Assembly: GCA_013265495.1 (NCBI GenBank)
Contig: MU058531.1
Span: forward strand, 2,604,911 to 2,668,910
DNA from: Vicugna vicugna
Lineage: Eukaryota
DNA length: 64,000 bases
Direction of reading: 5' to 3'
Position numbers and translations under genes: made by a program. Positions 35,151-48,800 of the stretch are shown here, piece by piece (within the stretch, counting starts at the first letter, position 1; each line of letters opens with the position of its first letter). The notes beneath the pieces are model-generated. The model saw only the letters and a program-made list of their open reading frames with translations, was not told the origin of the DNA and ran no database searches.

Positions 35151-36954
35151 ATTCAGATTTTGAGTGGGTGGGGAGACTCTTTTCCTGCCCTCCTTAGTGG
35201 CATTTTCATCTTTCTGGGCAGTCCTTAATTTCCAGTATTTTCATTGTGACCCATCCCCTATGGGAACTTAACAGCTGTCATCAGAAAAAAATCTATTATA
35301 GGATTTCTCGGCTGGGCGGAGTCTGAGGGGTCATCTGTGCCAAGGTTGCAAGTTGGAGGCTCTTGGGTAGAGCCTATGAGTGGGCATTTAAGCGTTTCTG
35401 TTTGCCAAAATCTCCAACCAGCTCACTTTGTTCATTTATATTACTTCTAAGTTATCTGGCTGTATCAAACTGTCCTGTTTTTTGTTACTCAGGACTTCCA
35501 GTGCAAAAACAGAGACAGTCCTGGGGAAAGTCAGATGGCTGGTCACCCTAATCAACCACATTACTTGAAAAATGAAGAAAATTCAGTTCAGACAGCAGAT
35601 GTGAATTGATTAGGCCCTTACAATTCAAAGTATGGCCCACGGAGCAGCGGCATCTGTGTCACCTGGTTGCTGATTATAGAGCAGCAAAGTATCAGGCCCC
35701 ATCCCTACTTGCTGAGTCAATCCGCAGTTTAACAGAGTCCCGGGTCAATCTCGGGCACAGTGTGGTCTAGGACTCTGAACAGGAGAGCAACCTGAACTTG
35801 GGCCCTCTGAGGATTTGGTTTTGCTATCCACGTGGGTAAAATAGACCTAACAATGACCCACCTGTGCTGTGGTAATCCGACCTTGACATGCGCATCTTTT
35901 TTTTTGTTCCTGCCTCCCCGATTCCCCAAAATGAAAGTCGTCTAAAATTTCATTGTTGGAAGGAAACTAAAGTTCCCAATTCTTACCTGGGTTTGAGTAG
36001 TGGTTTTCATAAATCACTTTTCACAGCTGAAATTTCTCCCCTCCCCAAACAAAATGCCATGAAAACACAGATTAGGGAAAATTTCTGGACATTTCGGTTA
36101 TTTCCAGTTTCTGAAACTCCAAGCAACGTGTAGTCGGTAAGTAACCTTGTATGCGCAGCCTTATGTACAAACTTGTGCTTTATTTTGTAGGCTTGAGTCC
36201 TGAAAGTGAAGCTGCTGGGTCAATGAGGATGTGCATTTAAAATTGTAGTGGATATCCAACAAGATGTCTGCCCAAAGAGGAGTGTTTGAAAAAATGGCAG
36301 TGCATTTATATTGTGGGACCTCATGGAGACATAACGGAGTGAGTACGAGAGACAGCTACTGACCTTGAGGGACGGCTACGATGTACTGTTAAGCTCTGAG
36401 AACAAGTTGCAGAGGGACGTAAGTAATTGGTGGAAAGAATTGACGGATAGGATATTTTGCAAAAAGACTTAAGCACACTTTCTAATTACATTTATGGATG
36501 CTTCTTCTGGTTGTAAAGAATATGTGTTGGTTTTGTAGTTGAAGAGTTTTAGGAGACAGACAAGTGGAGGTGCTGCAGTTGAAGTGAGTAACACTCTACA
36601 GCTCAGCCCTCAGCCGCTTCCCCTGCGACCCTTCCCACCTCCAACCTTCCCGGCTCTCTGCTTTCAGAAACCACTCCCAGTTGCAGGCATCTGATTGGCT
36701 GAGCCCAGGTCATGTGCCCACTCCCTTGCTGCCAATTGTGGTAGAGGGATTATCTGACCTCCTTTTATGTAAGGGGCCTTTGCCGCCCACTTATCTGGGG
36801 ATAACCCCCAAATAGGCCCTTTGGCTCCTAATCAACAACTAAAGTGGAAAACCTTCCAACACTAGCCTTTTGAAAACCTCCGCATGGTTGGGGAAGCAGT
36901 TTTGAGTTAATTAACCTTACTTTCGTAGAGTACAAGGAAAAATAACAGCCAAGC

Positions 36955-37160
36955 CTCACTGAACATTTACTCTACGTGTTATGTATTTCACATCATCTTA
37001 TTTCATTCTCACGACATTTCCATGATGCAGGTACAATTATTAATACCCCTTTTACAAATAGGGCCACAGAGGCATAGAATGGTTATATAATTTGCCCAGA
37101 GTCACACAGCTTAGTAAGTGGAGTAAGGATTTGGACCCAGGCTGTCTGAGTAAAATGTTC
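36955..37160 (-). mobile_element. MIR SINE
   Basis: Core ttttacaaat...gaggcatagaatggtt...ttgcccagagtcacacagct. Confidence 0.75.
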
Positions 37161-39730
37161 TAGGCATTACATTATACTGCGTCCAGGTTTAAGGTACTTG
37201 GAATGGGCACTGATTTTCATCTGGAATGGTAATTATTCCTATTGTCACTGAACGCTTAGTACATGCCAGGCACTGTCCTGACTTCTATACATGAATTAAT
37301 GAATTTAATTCATCACAAAAACCCAAATGAGAAAACTGAAACTCGGAGATGTTAGCAACTCATCCAGGGTCCCTCCCTAAGGGGCACAGTCAGAGGACCA
37401 GCACAGAGGGCCTGTCTCCAGAGCCACACACTCAACCCTCCAGAGCCATCGGTCACTTTTACTTATCAATATACCAGCATGCCTTTTCTTCTCTCTTGAT
37501 CTGAAAGCGGTTCTCTTGGGAGATACAGAACTTTGGGTAATTATCAGGATGATTCAACTGAAGTTATGAGTTTTATTTCAATTTTCCATTTCATTTTGAT
37601 ACTGAGGATCTGGCCCTAGGCTGATGTCAGCAAAAATAATTTCAATTAAATCTGATTACTATCATTTGTGAAGATTAGCTGGGAAGAAATCTGAAAAGAC
37701 AAAGGAGGGGTGTGTGTGTGTGTGTGTGATTGTGCAGTTCTAAATTTCCATCATTAAAGAGATAATGGGAAAGAATAAGAAAGGGAAAAGAGATCAATAG
37801 CATTTTCTTATTAAATTGTTACATGTGGAAAGATATGACTCTTTTGCAGGGGATTTATTCAAAAGAGAATTTTCTTGCTAGAAGCAGTGTGTTTTTCTAA
37901 GTGAAAATACAGTGTATCCTCAATTTGAATTGCAAATCCTTCCAAAAGCAGAGTGGGAAGGAAGGATAATGCCTAATGGGAATGAGTTCTTTCTACTTTG
38001 TTTTATGAAAGTTTCCCGAGACAGTTTTTTTAAAAAAATCATAATTATTTAAAAAAATTCAGGTATCCTCCTGGTCTGAATATTTTAGATACAAATCAAA
38101 ATAACCAGAGAATTTTATACAATATCAACTTGGTTTAAGATGGGGAAAAAAAAAAAGACAGTCAATACCCTTGCAACTGGATGATGGGAAGTAGAAAATT
38201 GCAGGGCGTATTTGGCAAACTACAACTCTAGACATCAGATTTGTCCCTCGAGAATAAACCACATCATGGAGGACTGGCCTGAAGAAGTAGAGGAAGGAGA
38301 GACGAGTTAGTGTTTGGCACTTGCTGAATACAGCGCTAGATGACTGATGTTTACATATGGTACCAGAGTTCATCCTTACAACTCTTTGCAGTGAGGTCAT
38401 TATGCTCATTTTGCAGAGGGAATAACTGAAGCTCAAGAAAGTAAGGTGACTTGTCCCAAGTTCCCCAGCTGGTAAGTAGTTGTGAGTTTATTAGAGAAAT
38501 TTGAAGGAGAGGAAGTGAGGGCACCATTGGGTGTGTCGAGTAGGAGACAGAAGCCGGAGTCCTCTTGGCGGTGGATGTGCTAAGTTTCCGTGATGCTCTA
38601 GATCTGATCTAGAGCAGGAGGAGAGCAAGCTTGAGAGTGATGGTGACTAGGCAAAGGTGAGGTCCCTAAGAGGGATGGGGACCAGGAGCAGATGCTGGTT
38701 TAGGGAAGAGACAGGTGGGTCTGTGGAGTGGACATGTCCCCAGGCAGGTGCCAGGTCTGCTTCTCAGGAGAGCTCGGCTTGTGGATGCAGGTTTGGAGGG
38801 AGAGAATGATGTCAGCTGGGCGCATGAGTCAAAAGGGAAGTGGGAGAGAAGCCAAGGAGCCAGGGTCTCAGAAGCCAAGGGAGGGGAGAGAGAGAGACGC
38901 TTTTGTGGTCTTGTTTTGCTAAGGCTCTTCAGGAGGTAACTCCAAAGGGCACAGAGCAAGATGTGGGCCTAGAGAGAGAGAGAGCTGTGAAGGGAGGCTA
39001 AGACATTTAAAAAAAAGACGGAAAAGTTGGAGTCTGAGGAACCAAGCTTTCATTATTAGAACAAACAAACAGGGCAGAAAACTTCTTTGACATACTGTCT
39101 TCCATCCTAATGAGCATTCAGGTCTTCCTGCATGAATGAAAACACAATGGAAATTAAATGAAAATGGCACTTAGCAAGAATTAGGGGAGGCCCTGGGTCA
39201 ACTGAGATGAGGGAAGAGGAGAGGAAGGGGGAACATCTATGTAAATTTGGGGAGATTGCAGCCTGGGTGGAGGAGAGGCTTGGGGCCATCTAGTCCCCAA
39301 CACTCTGTGGGGCCCTGGGGACCCCGTCTGACACTTACCACACATCCCAGCCCGAAAACATGGGGAGCAAATCAGGAGGGGCTAGTTCTCTTCGGCCAGT
39401 CAGTTCTGGGCTGCGCCTCCGGCATTGAAGGCCGCCCATTTGCCAAGTGCGGCTTCCTCTGCCCACTGAGGAAGGAGAAGGAATGCCCCAGAGGGGGCTG
39501 GATGGACCCCCAGAGGGACGGGCAGAGTTATGTCAGCGCCTAGATCCTGGTAGTGGGGTGGCCGAGGGCGGAGGGCTGGCTGAAGAACCTTCCTGCTCGG
39601 GCCTCTTGGGAAGCCAGTGGCTGCTGTCCTTGGAGGCAGGCTGTGTGCATTCATGGGGCTCTCAGGAGGTGCTGCTGGGCAGCTACCACCCCGTGGGAGC
39701 CCCCTCTGCCCAATTTTGAGGAAGAGGTGA

Positions 39731-40143
39731 TGCCTTAGTCAGCGCGGGCTGCCATCATACAATACCACAGACTGGGGAGTTTAAACAAAGGAAGTTTATT
39801 TTCTCACAGTTCTGGAGGCTGGGAAGTCCAAGATCAAGCTGCCGGCTGATTCAGTTCCTGGTAAGAACTCTCTTCCTGGCTTGTAGATGCTGCCTTCTTG
39901 TTGTGTTCTCACACACACGACACAGAGAGAAACAGGAAAAGACAGAGGGAGAGCGTGTGCTCTGATGGTTCCTCTTGTCTTGTAAGGATGCCAGTCCTAT
40001 AGGATTAGGCCCCACCCTTAGTATCTCATTTAACCACATCACCTCCTCACAGGCCCTGTCTTCAAATACAGTCACGTTGGATGTTAGGGCTTCAACGTAA
40101 ATTGGTGGGGGCAGGGGCGGACACAAACATTCAGTCCAAAACA
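39731..40143 (-). mobile_element. MaLR solo LTR (MLT1A/B-like)
   Basis: Motifs tttattttctcacagttctggaggctgggaagtccaagatcaag and aaatacagtcac...cattcagtcc. Confidence 0.85.
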
Positions 40144-41044
40144 GGCAGAAAACTGAAATTTGTCACCAGCTTCCAATCAGGCTGCTTTTGTCTTTAGGAA
40201 CCACAGGCCCTGGAGCTGGAAGAGGCACTTCGATTGTTTTCTAGATGGGACAGTGCTTGTCTAAGTCCCCCAAGTCTGAGTGGCTCAGTCCCCCAGGGTG
40301 GCACCCAGGGTTTACTAGCATGTCGGGTCCGCAGTTGAATGGAGTCCTGGCAGCCCGAGACGGGGTATCCCATCAGATCTTCCTTAGTTCCCCAGATCCA
40401 GCCACAGAAAGGGCGGATACATGTTTGTGGACCCAATAGCATCCTCACTGCCCCAGCACACGGCAGGACACGGCTGTACGGGGGCGACTGAGTGGATGGA
40501 CCTAATGCTAATTCCGTCCATGTGCTGAGACTGACAAGCTGTCTCACAGCTGAAATCCAGATTCCTGGGCCAGAGTTTCGTTCATCCAGCTGGGGTCAGC
40601 GGTCCGCCTGTGGGCCTGGTAGGACTGGGGCTTCCAGGGCCTCTAGGGAAGGGATGCGAGTATTGCGGAGTGGGAGGACGCGGCTGGCAGTACTCCAAAA
40701 TTACTTGAGGCAGAATTTGATTTTTCGTTTTGGCAAAGGCCGCTTACCTATTTGTATTCTCTAGAAGAGTTCTGTCCCTTTTTTTTCTTTTTCTATTATT
40801 TTGAGAAGAGCTTTCCCTTAGTGGGATATCATAAATTTAATATACATTTTCCACATCAGCTGGAATAGAGTTGGCATATGATGTTGTTTTTGTTTTAAAA
40901 AGCTGTATGGTGAAGGCAACTACCATGAAGCGTTACCATGGATTTTGTTTTTCCCTTTACTATTTTAACCCCAAAATTGTGCTGAAAATGTTCATATAAA
41001 TTTCCTTTGTTCTGGGGTGTTACCTAGAAGGACGATAGTACAAC

Positions 41045-41222
41045 CAGGCACTCCCTATCTGCAGGTTTTACATTTGTGAATTCAACTATGGATGTGAAAC
41101 TGACAGATACAGAGGGCCAACTGTATCACAACATTTCATATCAGGGACTTGAGCATCCTTGGATTTTGGTATCCACGGGGTCTCCTGGAACCAATCCCCT
41201 GCAGATGCCGAGGGATGACTGT
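41045..41222. mobile_element. Tigger-derived MITE (MER2-like)
   Basis: The end tcctggaaccaatcccctgcagatgccgagggatgactg resembles the MER2 terminal repeat as I recall it. Confidence 0.7.
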
Positions 41223-43352
41223 CTTTTTATTCTCTCCTATTGCTGTTTTTAAACAGAGATGTGACTCTTATGGAATAAAGAACTAACAGTTAATAAGCTC
41301 CTACACCTCCCTATCACATTTTCAGGTATAAACCTATTAAAAATGCTTGGACCATTTTAACAACAGTTATTGGTGCTCTTTGAAGTTCTAAGTGAGTCCA
41401 GAAACTGCTGGTGCTGACTGCTTTCTCCTGGGGTCTGTTGGGGGAGTGAGCATCCCTGGAGCTCAGGACTCACCTGCAGCTGCTAATTCCAGCACCTGGA
41501 CCACCTAAACAGGAAGTACCAAGGGCCCTTGCTTAACTTGTGAACTCGTGGGTTTTCCATTTGTTTCTCAGACCCACTGTGGATTTCCCCTTCCTCGGGG
41601 CCTTTGCACCTGCTGTCTCCTCTGCTTGGAATAGTCTTTCCCTTCACTCTTTGGGTGGTAGGATCTTTGCTCAGGTTCCAGTTATTTTATACCAACCTGG
41701 TACCATTCACAGCACTTGCCGCAACACATAATTGTTTTATTTCTTATTTATATGATCTCTTGATCATCTTCCCCACAAAGGAGCAGGCTCTTGATTGTCT
41801 TGATTGTCTTGTTGACTGCTGTGTTCAAGGCACCTGCTACACGGCAGGAGCTCAGTAAGTATTTGGTGATTGGAAAAAAGCCCAAGTGCTTGGGAGAGGA
41901 TGAACTCTATCTGCCTGAAGGACCGGCTTCTGAAGTGGGCTTTGCTGGCTTGCTGGCCGCTAGTTACCAATCCCACCTGCTTCCTCCTTCTACCAGCTGT
42001 TCTATTAACCCCAGTCCAAGCTTCCCAAGACCCTAGTAACCGTGTCCCCGTGTCCCCTTGTCCCCTTCCTGTCTTATTCTTTTCACAGACTCTCCGCTGG
42101 CCTTCAACCAGGCATTCCGTTCTCCCACTCATGAAATGTTTACTGCGGGCCAATACTGCAGGCCCTGACCTGATGTTGCAGGCCCAGTGAGGCAGCCCCA
42201 GCCCTATAGACCCGCACAGTTTGTTCTGCACACATTGGCTAGAATGATCCCTTAAAAATTCAAACAGGGTCATGGCACCCCTCTCCTTGAAACTCTGCAA
42301 GATCACGTTATGCAGCAACAGACAATGAATGTAGTCACAGATCTTTGCTGCCCCCTGGGGCATTGGGCTTAGAGCTGGGGACAGAGTGAGGAACAGTACA
42401 GGCACAGTTCCTCCCTCAGGGAGCTTGTTCGCTGATCACGGGAGAGTGGCCATAGCCCAGGGCTGAGAAGTGTGGGTCTTCTGGAAGCGAGTCTGACTGT
42501 CCTGAGTTCAAATTCTGTCTCTGCCATTTGCCCCACATCCAGGCTTGGGGAAAGGACTTAAGCTTCCTGTGCCTCGGTTTTCTTGTCTGTCAAACAAGGG
42601 CAAAGCAGTCCTGCAAAGTAGACGACAAAGATTTGGGGGAATTAAATGTGATATCATGAGCCAAGTGCTTGAATGTGCCTGGTAGCTAGTAGGAACACAG
42701 TAAATGATAGTGGGTATTTGTGTCTCTTTCTGGAACACAGGGGATGGGGGCAGGTAGGAGCTGCAGGCCATTGTTTCCGCCCCTAGCACTGGCAGATGGG
42801 GAAAGGAGGCTTGTCTTGTCTTGCCTGAGCTCCTAAGCAATTCCAGGGTCGGGACGAGAACCTGTGTGTCCTGACCCCCAGGTCTCTGTCCTCTCTCTGC
42901 TCCAAGCTGCTGCCAGCTAGACTCAGCAGCCAAGGGGCTCAGTGACATTCCACACTCTGTTCACCCTTTTGATCGTGGACAGTGACTGCTCAATGCCAAT
43001 GATTGAAACAAGGCATTTCTGAGAAATTTAGAATTACTGAGCAGATTTAAACAAGGAGAAGCTGGTTTTGTGTACTCGGCTCCAGGCTCTCTTCTGCCCA
43101 AAGTCTGGTCCCAGTTCTGCTCTGGGGGGATGGAATTTACACCGGAAAATTTTGCGCTACCCTGAGCCCCTTATTAATCTAAGTTTTATTATTCATGCAG
43201 CAGAATTTGAGCTGCCTCTAATCATTTGGACGTTGGGTGAAGAATGCTTTGTAGTCTGGTGTGGATGAAGATGGAGGAAGTATAATTTGGTCCATTATTT
43301 TTGGAGGACAATCTTGGCAGCATGTATCAAAAGCTTTCAAATTATACATATG

Positions 43353-43506
43353 TGGGGAAGGGTATAGCTCAGTGGTAGAGTGCATGCCTAGCATGCATGA
43401 GGTCCTGGGTTCAAGCCCCAGTACCGCCATTAAATAAATAGATGAATAAACCTAATTACCTCCCCCTCCCCCTAAAAAAGATAAAATAAATAAATTTAAA
43501 AAATTA
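43353..43506 (+). mobile_element. tRNA-derived SINE (Vic-1-like)
   Basis: A/B boxes. TSD aaattatacat(a/g)tg. Confidence 0.92.
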
Positions 43507-43672
43507 AAATTATACATGTGCTTTGACCCAAGGATTCTAATATTAGTTTTTGAGCAAATATTTAACTATAAGGATTCTTGTTGGAGAATGTGTTATTGAA
43601 AACCATGTGATGTCCACTGATAAGGGATTGGGGAAATAATGGTACATCTGATCAATAGACTACTACGTAGTT

Positions 43673-44387
43673 TTTTTCTTTTTTTTAATTGAAGTGCAGT
43701 CAGTTATAATACGTCAATCTCTGGTGTACAGCACAACATCCCAGTCATCCATATACATACATATATTTGTTTTTATATTCTTCTTCATTAAAGGTTATTA
43801 CAAGATATTGAACATAGTTCCCTGTGCTATACAAAAGAAACTTTCAAAAAAATCTACTTTTATATATAGTGGCTAACATTTGTAAATCTCAAACTCCCAA
43901 ATTTATCCCTTCCCACCCCCTTTCCCTGGTAATCATAAGATTGTTTACTATGTCTGGGAGTCTGTTTCTGTTTTGCAGATGAGTTCATAGTGTCCTTTTC
44001 TTTTAGATTCCACATGTGAGTGATATCTTATGGTATCTTTCTTTCCCTTTTTGGCTTACTTCACTAAGAATGACGATCTCTAAGTCCATCCATGTTGCTG
44101 CAAATGGCACTGTTTTATTCGTTTTTATAGCTGAGTAGTATTCCATTGTATAAATACACCACAACTTTATCCAGTCACCTGTTGATGGACATTTAGGTTG
44201 CTTCCATGTCTTGGCTATTGTAAACAGTGCTACTATGAACACTGGGGTGCATGCATCTTTTTGAATTAGAGTTCCCTCTGGATACATACCCAGAAGTGGA
44301 ATTGCCGGATTGCTTATCACATGGTAAGTCAATTTTTAGTTTTTTGAGGAATCTCCATAGTATTTTCCATAATGGCTGCACCAAACT
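43673..44387 (-). mobile_element. 5'-truncated, relatively young L1 with TSD
   Basis: Minus-strand peptide ...PAIPLLGMYP...[13 protein letters not shown]...[18 protein letters not shown]; poly(T) at the left end. TSD tacta(c/t)gtagtt at 43661 and 44388. Confidence 0.93.
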
Positions 44388-44479
44388 TACTATGTAGTTA
44401 TTTTAAATGATATTGAAGTTTAAGGACCCAGAAAGATATTCATGGGCTATTCAGTCAGTTTCAAAGTTCTAAGAGTGAG

Positions 44480-44710
44480 AGTTCTGGAATCAGATCTCTG
44501 GGGCTGAAATCCTAGCCCCCGTACTTCGTGCTGGATGACACCAGACAAGCTACTTAACTTCTTTAAGCCTCAGGTACTCCATGAATGGAATAATAATCAC
44601 CTCATCACTCAGAGTTACTGTGAAAATTAGATGAGACAATCCACGAGAAGTACTTAGTGTAGCCTACCTCGTGCAAGGCAAGCACTCGCTCAATAAACAT
44701 TACTACTAAT
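44480..44710 (+). mobile_element. MIR SINE
   Basis: Core caagctacttaacttctttaagcctcag...cactcgctcaataaa. Confidence 0.75.
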
Positions 44711-45829
44711 ATCATGCACCCAAGTGTGCTTTCAAAAACATGCATTCGAAACGTCAGGAAGAAATGAAAACGGAATGAATGTGGTTTTCTTTGGGTGATG
44801 GGATCACATATGATTTAATTTTCTCCTGGGTTTTATTTTCACAGTGCTGTACAATATGTAAGAGCCACACATGTAAAAAGGGAAAAGGTCACAGAAAACA
44901 AAGGAGGGGAGGAGAGCGCTGTCTTGTTTTGTTGCAACCCTGAGATAGGTTGCTCAGCGACTTCTCTGACTTGACTTGGAAGCACCTGAGGTTGGGCACA
45001 GCGGAGAGACTGGGCAGGAGTGGGGCCCTGGCAGTCCTCCACACCCATCCACTGACCAGGCATCCTGCCCTGCCTGGCATCCCCCTGGGGGGGCCTCAGA
45101 AGCACAGCCTGGGAACTTAGCTGCTCAGGGAGGCGAACTAAGTGCAGGAGACAGGAGAGGCTCAGGTCATCTATTTGTCTGAATCTTAACCCAGCAGCCG
45201 GGAAGAGTGCATTAGAGGCCACCCCCACCCCTTCTGTCCCTGAGTCTGCTCTATCAGCCTGGCTGTTCATTAGCATGTGTGACAAACTCAGTGCAAACAG
45301 AAGCTTTAAGCAGAACCAAACTGTTTCAATCTCTTTGGAGTGACAGCGGGGGACTTCCCCAGAAATGCCTGATGGAGGGGGCTGGGTTGGGGCTTTGAGG
45401 GATCAGCGAGGGTCCTGAAGGTGCAGTTCCCAGCATAGGAAAGTGAGCGAAGAGCCTGGAGCAGGAGAAGGGGGATCCCCACTGCAGCTACTCAGCTGTT
45501 GCTTGGGGACAACTGATAATCTGGGGAAGGCAGTTGGAGCCACACACTGAGAAGGGCAGGAGGTCGGGGGCAAAGGTAAGGGTTGGGGTGCGCATCCTTC
45601 CCCGTGAGTCTGCAGGCAGGCTGTCGGGGAGGCGCTGGGGCGTGTCCTGGGCCACGCGGGAGACTTGGAGCTGGGGTGGAGCCTAGTGTCTCGCTGGCCA
45701 CAGCCACTCCAACCTCTAGCCCAGTGTCTGTGCAGCAGGGAGGGGACGTGACCAAGAAAACAGCTGCCACAAAAAAATTCTGAAGGAAAATGCTGATTGC
45801 AGGCAGATTTTAAAAATTTATAATGTATG

Positions 45830-48800
45830 TATTTATTATTTTGATAGTTTTATTGAAGAATATTTCACACACAATAAACAGCACCTAAAGCACACAGTTT
45901 GATAAATTTTGACATTCACATACACCCATAAAACCATCACTATAATTAACAGAGGAAACATCCATATCACCCACAAAATTTTCCTTGTGCCCTTTTGCAG
46001 TCTCTCTGCTGTTCCTCCCTGCTCCTCTGTTCCCTGGAAATCACTGGTCTGTCATTATAGATTAGTTAGCATTTTCTAGAATTTTCTATAAGTGGAATCA
46101 TACAGGCAGGATATTCTTTTGGTGTTGGCTTCTTTCACTCAGTAGAATTATTTTGAACTCATTCATGTTACTATGTGTATAATAACTTGTTCCTTTGTAT
46201 TGGTGAACAGTACTCTATTGTACAGATGCACCACAATTTGTTCACATAACCACCTGTTGATAGACATTTAGGTTCCAGGTTTTGGCCATTATAAATAAAA
46301 GTGCCATGACCATTTATGTACGTGTTTTTGTACGAACATGTGCTTTCATTTGTCTTGGGTAAATACCTAGGAGAGGAGTGGAATGGCTAGATCATATAAT
46401 AGGCACATGTTTCACTTTTTTTTTTTTAAATGGAGGTACTAGGAATTGAACCCAGGACCTCAGGCATGCTAAGCATGTGCTCTACCATTGAGCTATACCC
46501 TCCTCCCCTTCACATGTTTAACTTAAAAAAAACTTTAAAACTCTTTTCCAAAGTGATGTACCGTTTTACATTATCACCAGCGATACAAGAAAGGTTCATT
46601 TGCTCCACATCCTTTCCAATACTTGGATAAGAACCTTAAAACGATATACCTCTGATTGTGATTCTCTCCTCTGAGCCTGTTGTTGAGATGTATGTATATA
46701 TAAACCTTTCAAGTCGCAAGTGAAATAATCATAGGGTTCACCTCATTTGTTCCCTGTCTCTCAGGGATCACTGTCCTTTGCTGCCTGATATCCAGTGTCT
46801 TGAAAATTGTTGTTTCATATGTTTTGTCTATATGTAAACAAAAACATATTATATGTAAATGTATATTATAAACCTCTCAATATGTTGTTCTTTTTTGGTT
46901 AAAACTATCAATTATTTAAAATATATATTTGTATAATTAGAACAAATCTTACATATTTGCCAGTGGAGTCAGCATTTTTGACGTTCTGTGTTCCTTTGTG
47001 TAGATACCTAGTTTCGTTTACCTTCTGCTTGATGGAATGCTTTTAAAGCATCATGTACTGTATGTCTGTTGTGATTAGTTCTTTCAGCTTTTGTATGTCT
47101 GATTAAGTTTTTATTTTTGAAAGATATTTTCACCAAGGAAAGAATTTTAGACTTACGGTTTTTTGCTTTTGGTACTCTAAAGATACTGGGTCACTGTCTC
47201 GCCACTTGCACTGTTTCTGACAAGAAATCTATTGTTATCATTACTTCTGTTCCTCTGTGCTTAATATGTCTTTTTTTCCTCTGATTTTTTTTTAAGATTT
47301 TCTCTTTATCACTGATAGTGAGCAATTTGATTATGATGTATCTTAAAATAGTTTTCTCCATACTTCTTGTGCTTAGAATTTGTTGAATTTCTTGGGTTTG
47401 TGGGTTTATACTTTTCATCAAATTTGGAGAAATTCCAGCCATTATTTCTTCAAATATTTTTCCTTTATCGTCTCTCTTTCCTCTCATTTGGGGACTGCTT
47501 GAAGCAGTCAGTCTTGTGGCTCATTGATGCACTTTTCATTTAAAAAATTCCCTTTTCTATCTTTGTTTCATTTTGGGTAGTTTCTATTGCAATGTATTCA
47601 AATTCACTATTTTCTTTTTCTGCGATATCTCATCTGCTGTTAATCCCATTTTAAATCTCAGACATTGTAGGGTGCTTCTCTAGAAGTTCAATTTTAGTTA
47701 AACTTTTTGGGTACCTTCCTTGCCTCTATGTAACTTTTTGAACACATGGAATGTGGTTATAATTGTTAACTGTTTAATGTCCAATTTCTGCTAATTCTGA
47801 CATCTGCGTCAGCTCTAAGTTGGTTTGGACTGGGCATTTTTCTCTTCATTTTGGATCATATTTTCCAGCTTCTTTACATCCCTAGTGATGTTTTTATTGG
47901 ATGCCAAACATTTAAAATCACATCTTGTTTGTTGTCAGACAGTTCTGTATTCCTGTAGATATGACTGTATACTCTCAGTGTCTTGATCTTTCCAGACTCA
48001 GCTGTGTTTCTTCATAATGGGGAGTCTGGTGGGCTCCACCTGGATTCCCCCTCTGGGTGCTGTGGCCTGGAGACTCTTTCAGGTCGGAACCTGGAGAAAT
48101 CACAGGGTTCACCTTGTCTGTTCCCCGTCTCTCATGGATCAGTGTTCTCTATTGCCTGATACCTAGTGTCTTAAAAATTGTTTGTCGTTTATTTTGTCCA
48201 TTCTTTTTGTTTTTTTGTTTTAAGGCATGGAGGTAAATTTGGGTTCTATTTCTCTTTCTTAATTGAAAATGGAAGAAGCTTCTCTTATTTTACTGAAGTA
48301 AAATTCAAATAACATAAAATTAATCACTATAAAGGGAACAATTCAGGGACATTTAGGACATTCACAGTGCTATATAACCACTACCTCTATTTAGTTCCAA
48401 ACATTTTCATCAGCCCAAAAGGAAAAGTATTAAGCAGTTTCCCCCTACTTCCTGTCTCCCCTCAGCCCCTGGCAACCGCTATCTGCATTTTGTCTCTATA
48501 GATTTTACCTATTCTGGAGATTTCATATAAATGAGGTTCTATTAATACGTGACTTTTTGTGTCTGGCTTCTTTAACTCCAGCATACTGTTTCTGAGATTC
48601 ATCACCTTGTAGCACATATTGGTACTTCACTCTTTTTAACTGTCAAATAATATTCCAATGTGTGTGTATGTGTGTGTGTGTGTATCATGTTTTGTTTATC
48701 TATTCATCCGCTGATGAACATTTGGGCTGTTTCTACTTTTTGGCTGTTATGAATAGTGCAGCTATGAACTTGCCTGTATATGTGTTTGTTTCAGTACCTG

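Noticed and set aside
38730..38752. p53 response element GGACATGTCC
   Set aside because: Only one good half-site; the adjacent decamer lacks the CWWG core.
41764..42405. 213-aa minus-strand ORF
   Set aside because: Overlaps L2-like remnants and shows no recognisable homology.
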